DNA of 60,000 nt from Lama guanicoe (lineage: Eukaryota), in contig MU054220.1 in assembly GCA_013239625.1 (NCBI GenBank), positions 3,969,374 to 4,029,373 of the forward strand, given 5' to 3'. Position 1 is the first letter of the stretch. Every line of letters starts with the position of its first letter. Shown here one piece after another: positions 23,170 through 34,730 of the stretch. The notes below the pieces were generated by a model. The model did not search any database. It was given only the letters and a program-made list of their open reading frames with translations, and was not told the DNA's origin. The position numbers and the translations under genes are program-made.

Positions 23170-23785
23170 GCCCCCCAGAGCCTTCTGTCCCCATCACCAC
23201 AGCCATCGGCTCCTTATCCCTTGCTCACTGGGTCCTGCACCCCAGTGCATCTGGCAGACTGTCCTTCTTAAAGTGGCACTCTGATTACGTCACCCCACTG
23301 CTCAAAAACCTTCGGTGGCCCTCACTTTCTTCAGATCCAATCCAAACATCTCACGTTCAAGGTCCTCCACGAGTTGATCCAACCTACCATTCCCCCTTCA
23401 CATCCCTGCACAATCCCAACTCTTCAGCCAGACTGATCATTCTAGCAGTTTCTTAAAAATTTCCTGAGCATGTTGACCACCTTGTCTTCCCCTAGGCATC
23501 TTCCTCTGACTAAAACGCTATCTTTGCTGTGGCTGCTGAAACCCTCCCAATCCTTCAGGTCCACCCAAAACTCCATCTCCTGCATGAAGCTTTCTTGAAG
23601 ATTCCTCTGACCCTTTCTTCATTTATCTCCTATAAATGTCGCTGCCCCCCCAAGTCCCTTACCACATGGTAAGCAACTAAGAATGGGGTCAGTACGTCAT
23701 CATCTATCATTCATCATGTGGGGAGGAGGGGTGGTGGGAGGACTTTCTACTAGATGTTTACTAAGCACTGTTTGAAATGAACATC
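23170..23785 (+). mobile_element. L2 fragments
   Basis: 'ctgattacgtcaccccactgctcaaaaaccttcggtggc', 'catctcctgcatgaagctttc'. Confidence 0.7.
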
Positions 23786-24319
23786 TCCTCCCTGCACAAG
23801 CAACACATACTGACCTCTCTCCCTCCAGACCAAACTCTAATCTTAAGCCACTCAAATACTTGGAGAGGGGAGTCGGTGGCCCCGAGTTGATTCAAGCCCA
23901 ACCAGGACTTGGGATCCCAGGCAGAAAGTCCTGTTCAAGTCTCACCAACTCCAGGAAGCCCCTTTACCCCCAACCCTGGTTTCTCCAGAGTCTCACTTCT
24001 CCTGAGCACTGTCTCTCCCACACATACACACACTGTCTCCTCCACACAGTACAACCTCCAATCAGACCCTGTCTGTTAGTAATTTCCAGCAGGTTCCAAA
24101 GTGTAGGGCTCATCTCCCCAGGAGATACAGGGAGCCAGCTGTCTTCGGTGCCCAACCGTGATCAAACAGATAACAGGTATCCACACTGCCCCTGACTTCT
24201 ACCCCAAGCCAAGCATGCAATGCAGGAGCTGGATTCTGGCCACCAGGCCAGTACAAACCCATGAAATCTATCTGGACTTGAGCCCTGGCCATGAGTTATC
24301 CTCTCCAGCAGGGGCATAG

Positions 24320-24465
24320 TAGGGCTGGGAGCCTCACATTTAGCAACTCAAAATGAGGGCAAAAACCAGGAATGGCTAGTTGACGTCTGTATACCCTAGC
24401 TCCATCTAATATACAGTGCTAAGTAAATATTTTGGGGGTTATTTAACTGGACATCTAACAACTAT
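24320..24465. mobile_element. MER53-like hAT remnant
   Basis: 'atttagcaactcaaaatg...tttaactggacatctaacaacta' resembles MER53 termini. Confidence 0.45.
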
Positions 24466-25599
24466 AAACAATATTACCAAAAATTCAGTTACTCTTTGGT
24501 CCAGATGACACACTCTTCAACCCCAAAATGGACAAAATGATACTGGTGGCAGATGGCAAGTTTTGGCTCTCACAAGTTTAGGAGGAGCTGCAGCCAGCCT
24601 CTGGCCCTCCAAAAACAGTCTCATTCCCAGGCAGGAGGCCAGCCCATCACCTGCCTTTCCACATCAGAGCAGCTGTCACACAGTGAAGTCTCACTGGTGC
24701 TTGGCGCCCTGCTAAGCACTATATACACATTATTCTATTGTCCTCACTACTACCATTGAGTACTGTCACTACCCCCATTTTACAGATGAGGAAATTGAAG
24801 CTTGAAGGGGGAGTGGAATCAGAATCAATTTGGTCCCAAGTCCTTGATCACTGAACTAGGCTGCCCAGTTACCATGGCCCTGGCACAGGGCACTTGCTAC
24901 CACAAGGGACAGCACCTGGACATGCAACAAGAACTCCAGGCACCGGGCTTAACTCTGGGCCCAATGGTTTGGCGGGGTTTTCCCTTTTCTTCCCCACTCA
25001 CCTGGATAAGAACTTGTCCCCTAGTTTCTGCCAGGGGCCTCCCAAGCCAGCTCACCTGGAAAAGCCCTGAGAAGGGGACAAATGCCCTGCTGAGTTTCCC
25101 ACCCCAAGTCATACTAGGCTCTCAGAGTTGGGGCAGGAGGAGGCTGAAATCTCCCTGACTTGGGTCCCCCCCCCCGTCCCTGCTTCCCCAGGCCCATCGA
25201 TTCAAGCCCCATCTGAGGAACTAGTGTGACCTTTAAAGCAATTCGCTTCATGCTCGCAAAGTTGGCTTTGCTCAGTGCCACTCTGCAGGGAGGCAAACTG
25301 TAGTCTGGGCGGAGCGATCTGAATACCTGTGGCTGAAGTGCAGTCTGCTCTCAGCTGCCAGCCTCACCTTCCGGGGTTTCAGCGAGAAAGGGCAACGGGA
25401 CCATGGAGGTCACCCGGTTCACCCCCTTCCTCCTACTGGAACCCGAGAGGTCCTGAACCGGGTGGGAGGACGGGTCCAGGGTCACACATGACGGAGCCGG
25501 AGAATTGGGGATCAGGACTCAGGAACTTAAGCTCCTTCTCACCCACCAGCTGCCTTCGTGGCCCGACCTGTCACTTGTGCCGAGAAAGCTGCCCAAGCG

Positions 25600-26600
25600 G
25601 TCTCTGAAAGTGGGGGCGAAAACTAACTTTGCCCGTGGTTGTCCGGCAGGCCTCCCCCCGCCCCTTCTCACCTGCTGGCTCTGCTTTTCGCTTGGCGCTA
25701 CAAGCCCGGCGTCGCCCGCTCGCGCCTCAGTCAGCGTCCAACTGCGCAACCCTGGGTTCAGTCACTCGATGGTCCCCCTCCCGGCGGTCGACGGGGAACG
25801 CAACGGCCGGCGCCAGGCCCCGCCCCTTCCAGAGGCCCCGCCTTGGACACGCCCCTCGGCCTCCAGACTTGGACCTCCAGCACCGCCCCCAGGTCCTGCA
25901 GGAATGTTGCCTGGCTCCCGACCCGACCAGGCTCCTCCCGCTACGGCCTCCCTTTCCTAACCCTCCAGCCCCGCCCCGGGTCCGGCGGCGGGGTGGGGCT
26001 CCGCCCCTTGCTCGGCCCCGCTACAGCCTCCCCAACAGAACCGGGCCTGCCCCGCCCCCACGTCACGCGGGAGGATGAGGCCAGTCCCTGGGCCCGCCTC
26101 CTCGGCCGGGTCCTCTGTGCCCCTCCAGGCTCTGCCCGGCTCTGCCCGGACGCAGCCTGGTTCTCTATCTGGCTGGGTCCCGCGCTTGAGTCCTGCTAGG
26201 GGGTAAGCCCCATAATCAGCGCTACCTAACGGTCCCGCCCCTCCTCGCCCTTCCTCATCCTTGCCAGGCCCTCCCCAGGTACCAGACCCCCAGGTCCCTC
26301 CAACGCCGATGGCCGCTCTCCCACCGCCCCCAGCCTCCGACGTCCTCTCCTCTGGGCCTACCCCCGCCCCAGCCCACCTAAGTTGAGGCCACGCCCCAGA
26401 AACGCCCCTTCCCCGCCTCAGCGCCTCCCTAATGCTGCCCTGCCCTGGCAACCCAACCCAGGGCGGGCGGGCCTCCGGCCCCAAAGCTGGCATTCCAGGG
26501 CGGGTGTATCCGGGTGCAACCGGCGAACAGCGTGGGAGCGCTTTGCGTTCCAAGTCCGGGCCTCTGGCAGGAGGTGGCTTAGGCCTAGGCACTTTTTGAA
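25600..26600. promoter_or_regulatory. CpG island promoter, probably bidirectional
   Basis: Dense unmutated CpG; about a dozen CCCGCCC/CCACGCCC Sp-KLF-type boxes; CCACGTCA (CRE/UPRE-type) at 26058-26065; outward-facing splice donors at 25671 (-) and 26923 (+). Confidence 0.85.
25672..25810 (-). other. Candidate non-coding first exon of a minus-strand transcript
   Basis: CAG|GTGAGA donor at 25672/25671; GC boxes immediately upstream (~25817-25850); no ATG in the exon; TSS position estimated. Confidence 0.5.
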
Positions 26601-27267
26601 AATACTAACAGCTACCACTGACTGGACTCTCGCCAAGGGCCAGGCTCCATGCCAAGCTCTGGTTTAGAAAAGTACTTTGAAAGTACTGGCCGTTGAGAAT
26701 TCACACAGCTCTATCCAGATGGTGTGTCCGTTTTACCGATAAGCAACCTGAGGTTTAGAGAAGGCAAGTCCCGGCCTCTGAGTCTTACACTGGTGGTGAG
26801 CGGGATCCAGCCCCAGGCCCTGAATCATAAGGCTTGATGCTACACCGGCTTGCCTGGACTGGCCCCTGGAGAAGTGGCCCGGACCAGTCAGCTGCTGCGG
26901 CAGTGGTAGCAAGCTGCCTGAGGTAAGGGAGGAGGCAAGGGTGGATGAGGCGGGCGGCAGGAGGGGCTGCTGGCCCATTCCTCAGAAGCTGGCTTTCTCC
27001 CTTGAGAAGTGACTCAGAATTAAGATGGGCTCAAAAGCTCTCCAGGTGGCTGTGGCGCCCCCACCTGCCTCCCTCCACACTGCCAGACCCCAGGGACCAG
27101 CCTCGGGTCCCTGGGTTATGACTGGAGCCGTTCACCTGTGCAGCTGACAAAGCTTTTTTGTACCCATTATCTCACTGGCATCTCACAAGGACGCCGTTGT
27201 GAGGAAGGTGTGATTATGCTGGTTTTGTATGGGTGGAGTAGGGCGGTGAGCTGGATCCCAGCCCAGC

Positions 27268-27457
27268 AAGGTGGTTCCCAAAGCGTGGTCCTTGGCCCAG
27301 CAGCAGCAGCAGCAGCAGCAGGAACTTGTTAGAAAGGTGTGTTTGGGGACCCCATCCGAGATCTACTGAATAAGAACTCCAGGGGAGGAGCCCACCAATT
27401 TGTTTTAACAAGACTTCAAGGAGATTCTGAATCACCCTCAAGTTTGAGAGCCACCTT
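27268..27457. mobile_element. MER5A hAT element containing (CAG)8
   Basis: 'gtggttcccaaagcgtggtcc...gaacttgttagaaa...gttttaacaag...aagtttgagagccac'. Confidence 0.85.
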
Positions 27458-27459
27458 TC

Positions 27460-27685
27460 AGCATAATGGTGAAGACATTCTGGTGGTCTGAGAATCATAC
27501 AGACCAGATCGGGAGCCTGTGACTGAAGACAAGGACTTAACTTCTCTAGGCTGAGCCCTTAAAAGGGGAATAGTGATGATGATAATAATACCAATCTTGA
27601 GGGTGGCCGTTGAGGAGTAAATGTGATGGTGTTCAGGAAGTTTGTCCACTCTTGGATGCTGTGCATGCTCAATAAATGTTCTCTT
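27460..27685 (+). mobile_element. MIR SINE
   Basis: 'gacttaacttctctaggctgagcc...atgctcaataaatgtt'. Confidence 0.65.
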
Positions 27686-28346
27686 TCCAGTTAAAAGTCA
27701 CCTTCATAGAATCTCCACATCAAGCTGGGGGAGTGAAGTTGGGGAGTCCTCTTAAGCCCAGCAATGTCCCATATTGTAGTCCTTCCCACAGAGGGATGCC
27801 CTCTTTCCTGCAGGAGGCCAAGAGCCCAACAAAGCTCTAAGATGATGTTGATGTGGTCCAGGGACCACATTTGGGGAACCACTGTGCTATTCTGTCTTGA
27901 GCTAGATTCCAGCTTCCCTCCCCTCAGGCTGGGGATGTTTGTGGTGGTGATTGGCAAGTGGCAAAACAGCTGGATTCCATCAGCCCCCCTCCCCAGACAT
28001 TAGATCACACTAGTCCCATCTGCTACCCCTTCCTGTCTCTGTCACTCCAGGTTAGAGATGGAGGAGGCTGTGGCAACATGGAGGGCAGTCTGCAGGCAGC
28101 TTCTGGAATCTCTGTCATACTCTCCCACCATCCTCTGCAGCCATAGAAGAGAGTCACCTATAGGTGTTCAGAGCCTGGGGCACTGGTCCTATTCCACAGA
28201 GCTTCCCTAACATGTTCATAGTGAAAGCTGAGGCCCACAAACCTTGTATCTAAACATTTAACAGACTGTAAAATAATGTCTGTTCTCCTGCCTTAAGGAA
28301 TATTCTTTATAAAGTCCAAAAAAGCCATGTTTAAATTTAGAATTTT

Positions 28347-28489
28347 GGGGAGGGTGTGGGTATAGCTCAGTGGTAGAGTGCCTGCTTAGCATGCACAAGG
28401 TCATGGGTTCAATCCCCACAGTGCTTCCATTAAAATAAATAAATAAACCTAATTACCACCCCCCTAAAAAAACAAAAAACATGTAAAAA
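28347..28489 (+). mobile_element. tRNA-Ala-derived camelid-type SINE (Vic-1-like)
   Basis: A box TAGCTCAGTGG 28363-28373; B box GGTTCAATCCC 28406-28416; tail 'attaaaataaataaataaacctaattacc' plus A-rich end; TSD aaatttagaatt at 28333-28344 and 28490-28501. Confidence 0.9.
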
Positions 28490-29498
28490 AAATTTAGAAT
28501 TCTTGTATTCTTTGGAATTCCATGCAGGAACATGGCGATGTGGGTGAATCAGGCCTAACCCCAATCCCCAGCACACCCACCCCAATTCTGTTCCACGTGC
28601 CATCTCAATCGTGTGTCACAAGTGGGCTAGGACTCCAGCATGTGAACACCCCAGCCCACATGCCCAAACTCTGCCCACACCCCCTAGCTACTACTCAGGT
28701 CAGCCCTCTAGGGGTGAATGCAGGGACATGCTGTGCCCTCAGAAGGATGGACCTGGGGAAGTTGCTTGTATAAGCCCTAAAACTGGGCTTGGGCCATTTG
28801 GGCAGATATTTCCAGGTTTTCAGATCCCAGGAGCATGATTGAGGAAGCAGGTGGGATGCAGCTCTGGGTAGACACAGGTGGCACTCCTGTCCAGGTCTAT
28901 GGGTAGCACTGCCATTCATTCAGCCTTGTCTTCCCAGCACCTAACATAATGCCTGGCACACATTGGAAGCTTAAGAGACAGTCATTGAGTAGATGTGTGT
29001 TCTCAATTATTTACTGAAATAGCAAATTTGGTTGGTTCCTTCAGCGTTTCCTCTCTTCCAGCAGCAGTCATGCTTTGTCATGACTTAGCTTGGGTGTTTT
29101 TCCAGGCAGAGAGCAGAGCCACCTCTAGTAAGAGCTCATTTCCATCCTTGGGGAAATTCTTCAGTCCATTCCAGAGGTGAAGCCAAGGGTTCTGGAGGCT
29201 GGAAAAGGGGTAAGAAGAACCAGTCTAGAAAGACTTGAGAGAAGATATGAAAACGGCCAACTTGGAGGTAGGGGAAATGGTAGTATGGAAGACCTCAAAA
29301 AGGTTTGGCCGTGAGGTTTCCAGCCTCTCAAGAGATTCCCCACCCCAGAGGTGGCCCAGAAGCTGCTGAGCAGGAGATCTGGAGGGCCATGTGGGCAAGA
29401 ACATGGGTGTTGGGGTCTCACTGGTACCTGGACCAGGGTAAGGCCCCAAGACTTCTGTACAGCTCTGGAGGGAAAGAAGGAGGGAAGGAAGGAGAGTG

Positions 29499-29990
29499 GT
29501 GCGTCTGTTTCCTATTGTTAGGTAACAAACAAATTTATTTAGCCCATAAAGCTGCCATTGGGGTAGGTTCAGTGGGGAAGGCTCATCGCAACTCTAAGCA
29601 GTATCAGCTGATTTAGTTGGAGGCTGAGGATCTGTTTTTCAAGATGGCGCACTCACATGTCTAGCAAGTTGGTGCTCACTGTCAGCTGGGAGCTCAGCTA
29701 GAGCTGGGGACCAAGGCCTCTCCGCAGGCTGCTTGGGCTTCCTCACAGCAAGATGGCTGGGTTTTAAGAACTAACAGAGACCAAGATAGAAGCATATGGC
29801 AGTTTATGACCTAATCCCAGAAATCATGTAGCACCGCTCCCTCTGTATTCGGGTAGCAGAGACAATCACAAAGGCCCACCTCGTTCAAGGGGAGGAGACA
29901 CAGTCTCCTAAAAGCACTTGCAGGACCAAAGATACTATTGCAGACATTCTTGTTGGCCTGAGACTCAGTCTAGAAAATGCAGTCTGTTCC
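29499..29990 (-). mobile_element. MaLR solo LTR (MLT1G/H-like)
   Basis: 'ttcaagatggcgcactcacatg', 'gctgcttgggcttcctcacagcaagatggctggg', 'caaaggcccacctcgttcaaggggaggag'. Confidence 0.8.
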
Positions 29991-30128
29991 AAGCGGGACC
30001 TCAGAATGACTGCAGTAGAATTCCTCTGGTGGGAACTGAGTCTGAATTAAGCTGATTTAAAGGAAAAGGTACACAATGTTTCTCATAGAGTAACATTTGT
30101 GTACAAATGAATCAGAAGTCTCTCAGTG

Positions 30129-30960
30129 TCACACCAGTCAGAATGGCCATCATTAAAGAGTCCACAAACAATAAATGCTGGAGAGGGTGTGGAGAAAAGG
30201 GAACCCTCCTACACTGCTGGTGGGAATGTAGTTTGGTGCAGACATTATGGAAAACAGTATGGAGATTCCTCAGTAGACTAAAAATATACTTACCATATGA
30301 TCCAGCAACCCCACTCCTGGGCATATATCCAGAGGGAGCCTTAATTTGAAAAGATACATGCACCCCAATGTTCATAGCAGTACTATTTACAATAGCCAAG
30401 ACATGGAAACTACTTAATGTCCATCGACAGATGACTGGATAAAGAAGATGTGGTATATTTCTGCAACAGAATACTACTAAACCATAAAAAATAATAAAAT
30501 AATGCCATTTGCAGCACCATGGATGGACCTGGAGATCATCATTCTAAGTGAAGTAAGCCAGAAAGAGCAAGACAAATACCATATGATATCACTTATATGT
30601 GGAATCTAAAAAAAAGACAAATGAACTTACTTACAAAACAGAAACAGACTCACAGACATAGAAAATAAACTTATGGTTACCAGGGGGTGAAGGGGGTGGG
30701 AAGGGATAAATTGGGAGTTCAAGATTTGCAGATACTAACTACTATATATAAAAAAGATAAACAACAAGTTTATACTGTATAGCACAGGGAACTATATTCA
30801 AAATCTTGTAGTAACCTATAATGAAAAAGAATATGAAAATGGATATATGTATGTATATGTATGACTGAACTATTATGTTGTACACCAGGAACTGACACAA
30901 CATTGTAAACTGTAAACTGCTTATACTTCAATTAAAAAAAAAAAGGTCCAAAAAAAAAAA
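30129..30960 (+). mobile_element. 5'-truncated, relatively young L1 (cetartiodactyl/camelid type): ORF2 C-terminus, 3' UTR and poly(A)
   Basis: Translates TPVRMAIIK...[18 protein letters not shown] (ORF2 cysteine-rich motif); in-frame stop at 30347-30349; tail A11-GGTCC-A11. Confidence 0.95.
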
Positions 30961-32689
30961 GGGGCAGTCTAGTGGCAGACAGTCTTGAGTGCTTGGGTTA
31001 GTTAAGATCTATCTTCAGAGAGTCCTCAGAACAGATTTAACACATTCCTCCCGTCAACCTGCACCATTTCCTTAAAGTTATAAACTTAAATAGCACCCGT
31101 TTGATCCTCATAACAGTGACCCTTTGAGGTATATATTGTTAGGATGCCCATTTTGAAGATGTGGAAATGGAGGCACTGAAGGTAACTGACCAGCCCAAGG
31201 TCGTACAACTTAGTAAGTGACAGAGGAAGGAGAAATGATAGTTTATAGCCAACCCAGTTTTCTGTCGTAGAAACTGAGCCCCAGGGGAAAGAGCCAAATT
31301 GGGCAGGAAACTGGTACCCAGTTTCTGACCACCAACGCTAAGCCACGTGGTCTATCCCTAAAGGCTCACACTGGGTCGAAGAGCTTCCCCTGGGGCCTTG
31401 AAGGGACCCTGTTTCCTGCTTGAGAAGCAGAAAGAAGCCCGGTCCCCTGGTCCCCAGAGAGCTGGGCTCCAGCCCATGCTTGACACAAGTCTACCCATAC
31501 TCAGTCCTCTTGCTGCGTCTCAAGCCAGGAAGTGGTTAATAGCAATTTCTCAAGCCTGAGTCTATTGCTAAGCACGGTAATTCCTGCATTTGAATTGGCT
31601 CAGCAGGGCCAGGGCCTTTACTTTCTCCTCCAAAGGACTGGATGAGGATCTGAACTCTAAGCCCCTTGTAAAGCTGGGTCCTGGCTGGGACAGAACCCAA
31701 GTTCCCACCAAAGAGACTGAGCCATTGATTCCTTCCCATCTCAGCTATAGAACAAAGATCACTTAGACCGCAGCTCTGATCCTACCCTGTCCCTTGCTAC
31801 AAGGGGGAAGGTCCGTGGGTTAATCCCAAGCAGCCCTGGCCTCAGGGGGCTTTTGGCACAATGGGGAAGCTGACCCGGAAACCAGGGCAGCGGTGCCCTG
31901 CAGCATTACGATACCAAGAGCAATGGCAATGGTACTGACAGCAGCCTCCATTTTTAAACTAAGCTCTCCCCATGCGCCAGACAACTTAAAGATGACTTTG
32001 AGTGTATTTAACTAGTTTGATAACTAGCATTTGTGTAGTGCTTTACATATTAAGAAACTGTATATTTTTAAACAACTGGGGCACTTGGGTAACTGAAACT
32101 ATTAAATAATGTCTCCCCACCCACAATTCCCTGTTAGGCCTGTTGCTTTCCCCTTCCGGGCATCAAGTCAACCCTTCGCAGGGACTGGGGACCCCTAACA
32201 GTCGTAAGCCCACGTGCCAATGTGTATTTGTTTATAATTGAGATGTATGCATTCAGGTGCTACTGTTTTGCACATTCGGAACCATATGCAAAAATAAAAT
32301 TTAAAAAGAGAAGATGAAAATATTCACGATATAAAAAAACAAAAATAAGCCAATATAAAGCAATCATACCATTTTCTCCTTGAACCCCATGGATCCTGTT
32401 GGAGACAAATCCCACGGCCCCTATGCACACAGGGAAGAGTTGTTGGAGCAGAAAACAGAGAAGGCTCCCCTGGACAACCCTGTTTCAGTGTCTCCAGACA
32501 CTCCTAAGTCCCTGAGATGAATGAGGAGCTGTTGCCAAAATGGGAGCTCTCACACCTGCCACTGGGTGGAGCTGCACAAAACCAGCATGAGATCCTCCTC
32601 TGAATCAGGCCCGAGGCTAAAAAGGACACTCCTGTGGCCCAAGAAGCCAATAGTATACAGTCTTACTGTAAAGTTGAGAACGTCAAGGC

Positions 32690-32812
32690 TCAGAGAGTGG
32701 AGTGGAAAAAATTTTGAATTTGTCACGCGTATTTAAAAATTGAGGAATTTCTTACTAACATTTAGATTTACAGCTTCTGTTGGAAAACAGAAAAATCCAA
32801 ACACTGTGATGT
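32690..32812. mobile_element. MER103C-like hAT remnant
   Basis: 'ttaaaaattgaggaatttc...agatttacagcttctgttggaaaacagaaaaatccaaacactg'. Confidence 0.55.
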
Positions 32813-33396
32813 GCATTCTGACACAAGGGCAAGAGCTGGTGGACCTGAGTGTGAGCGCCCCCTTTGTTTGTAGCATATACCCCCATCTGGTCATGCTCCC
32901 CACCACTCCCTATTGCCCACCTGACCTACTTTCCTCATTTTTGTGACCTGCCTGTTGCTTGTGGGCAACGGAGCGTGCAGTCCTGGGTTCAATAGATGCT
33001 GATTGAATTGGCGTTCGTACTGAGAGCTCTCTGAGTCACCGCAGTGCCACACAGACTTCTGCAGGAAGACATCACAGCTTTTTCTTCCTTCCTCTCCGTG
33101 ACCCTCCCTAGGAAAGCTGCAGTGTTAGCACAGTCCTCTGTGAGAGATGGTTTAGGCTCAAGTCCCTTCCCCGCTAACTTTCTAGCCATGTGACCTTAAG
33201 CACGCGTCTTCACCTATCTGGTTCTGTTTCCTCACCTGTAAGCTGCAGGCAATGCACACACAACATTTGTTACATTAGGGCTGTAAGATGGACTGGTTAG
33301 TTGTCTCCAAGTCACTTTTTTCACTAACAGAAATGTAGAGATTAAAACAAAACACCAAAAAGGGCCTTTCACACGCTTCCTTTCGAAATGAGCATT

Positions 33397-33414
33397 TATC
33401 GCCCTCTGGTGTCT
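33397..33414 (-). promoter_or_regulatory. CTCF motif
   Basis: Minus strand AGACACCAGAGGGCGATA matches the CTCF core; unique sequence; CCAAT 17 bp away. Confidence 0.6.
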
Positions 33415-34309
33415 GCAGCGCTCAGTGCAGCCAATCAACAAGCCTGGAGAGAGACTAGAGAGGGAAGGCTAGAGCGGGAGGGGAGGGTATCCCCCGGGAG
33501 GGTGCCCCCCCACCCTGGTCGTCAGTTCAGTTCCGGCCTCACATCCCCACCCCCACCCCTGGCCAGGGGCAGAGCGGAGGCCCAGCATGAGGGCCAGGCG
33601 TGGTCAGACATGGAAATAGGTCTTCTTAGCAGGTTCCGGCTGGGCAGATTCCCCACCCAGCCCAGGCAGGGAAACTTGGTGTGGGAGTCAGGAGCCGACA
33701 TTAGTTGGCCCTGGGTGTCTGGAGGCCTCAAAGGCTGGATAACTCATTTAATAACGGTGATGAAATAATATTAACTACGGTAGGCACTGGAAACATAGGA
33801 AGTGTGGAGTCTAGTTCATGCAGAAAAACTTACTGAAAGGCACTTGCAAAGCCCCGTGAATTGTTGAGTGGGGGTTGAGGCTGGCTGGAGAGTCACTCAC
33901 GCTCAGTTTCCAAGAATAAGGCCTCAAACTACACTGCAGCGCTGGCCTAACGAGACAGCTGTCACTGTCACATTCTCCACCCAATGCCCCTCTGCCCCAG
34001 GAAGTCCACTTTGCAGCCCCTGGGAGTCCACCACCAGGGGGTTGCCTCCATCACGATGGTAAAACACGGAAGCAGAAGCTCTTTGCAGCGCCTGTTCCCC
34101 CCAAATCCAAGGCTCACAGGGGAGTGTCAGCCTGGAGACACCAAGGCCACTTGTGGGCAGGCTGGCTGCCAGGGAGGCTGAGAATTAGAGTTCCGATGCC
34201 CACTCTGGGAGGTAGAATTTGTAATGTGGGAATTTCCGCCAATAGAAAGACTATTCAAAAGATGCAAGACATCTGTGAATATGACAAATGTTCACTGCAG
34301 CTCCTGCTG

Positions 34310-34530
34310 ATGGAGAGTGTACCACATGCCAGGCCCTGGGCATTATCTCACCTAATCTTCACACTGACCCTCAGGGGTAGGAATCATTACCATCCTCATT
34401 TTGTGAAGAAGGAAACTAAGGCATGGGGAGTTTAAATAATTTGAATAAGCTCTTGCAGCTGGTAAGTGGCAAAGCTGGGTGCAAGCCAGGACTGCCTGAC
34501 TCCAAAGCTTAACAAGTATGCTGTACTGTC
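34310..34530 (-). mobile_element. MIR SINE
   Basis: 'cattaccatcctcattttgtgaagaaggaaactaaggc...ggtaagtggcaaagctggg...gcctgactccaaagc'. Confidence 0.8.
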
Positions 34531-34663
34531 TCCCTAAAGTGCCTCCTTTTTCAGGACTGATGTCCCATTTACTGAGAATGAGCCAGGGAGTCTAGAATGA
34601 GGGCCTGGAAAGGACTTCAGAGGTCATTTAACCTAACTACTTCTCCAGTGCTACCCCTTAGCC

Positions 34664-34730
34664 CTGTATCAGTCAGCTTTTGTGAGGTTATGCTGCAGTA
34701 ACAAAGAACCCCCCTTCAAATCTCATTGCC
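34664..34730 (-). mobile_element. MLT1-type LTR terminal fragment
   Basis: 'tgtatcagtcagc...ggttatgctgcagtaacaaagaacccc...aaatctca'. Confidence 0.6.

Noticed and set aside
25600..26600. Assigning a gene name to the CpG-island promoter (GGTA1 and WASF2 considered on layout)
   Set aside because: The candidate exon does not match the 5' UTRs as I recall them, and there is no coding sequence to anchor a name
25505..26667. Long Pro/Gly/Arg-rich ORFs (up to 211 aa) in the CpG island
   Set aside because: Expected from stop-codon scarcity in very GC-rich DNA; they overlap in several frames and resemble no known domain
27298..27321. Poly-Gln/Ala coding tract
   Set aside because: Lies inside a MER5A transposon remnant with no exon context
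28347..28430. tRNA-Ala(AGC) gene
   Set aside because: Extra 5' bases, disrupted stems, SINE tail, A-rich end and TSD show it is a tRNA-derived SINE
30107..30399. Cys-rich ORF ([18 protein letters not shown]) as a zinc-finger gene
   Set aside because: It is the L1 ORF2 C-terminus, truncated and interrupted by a stop
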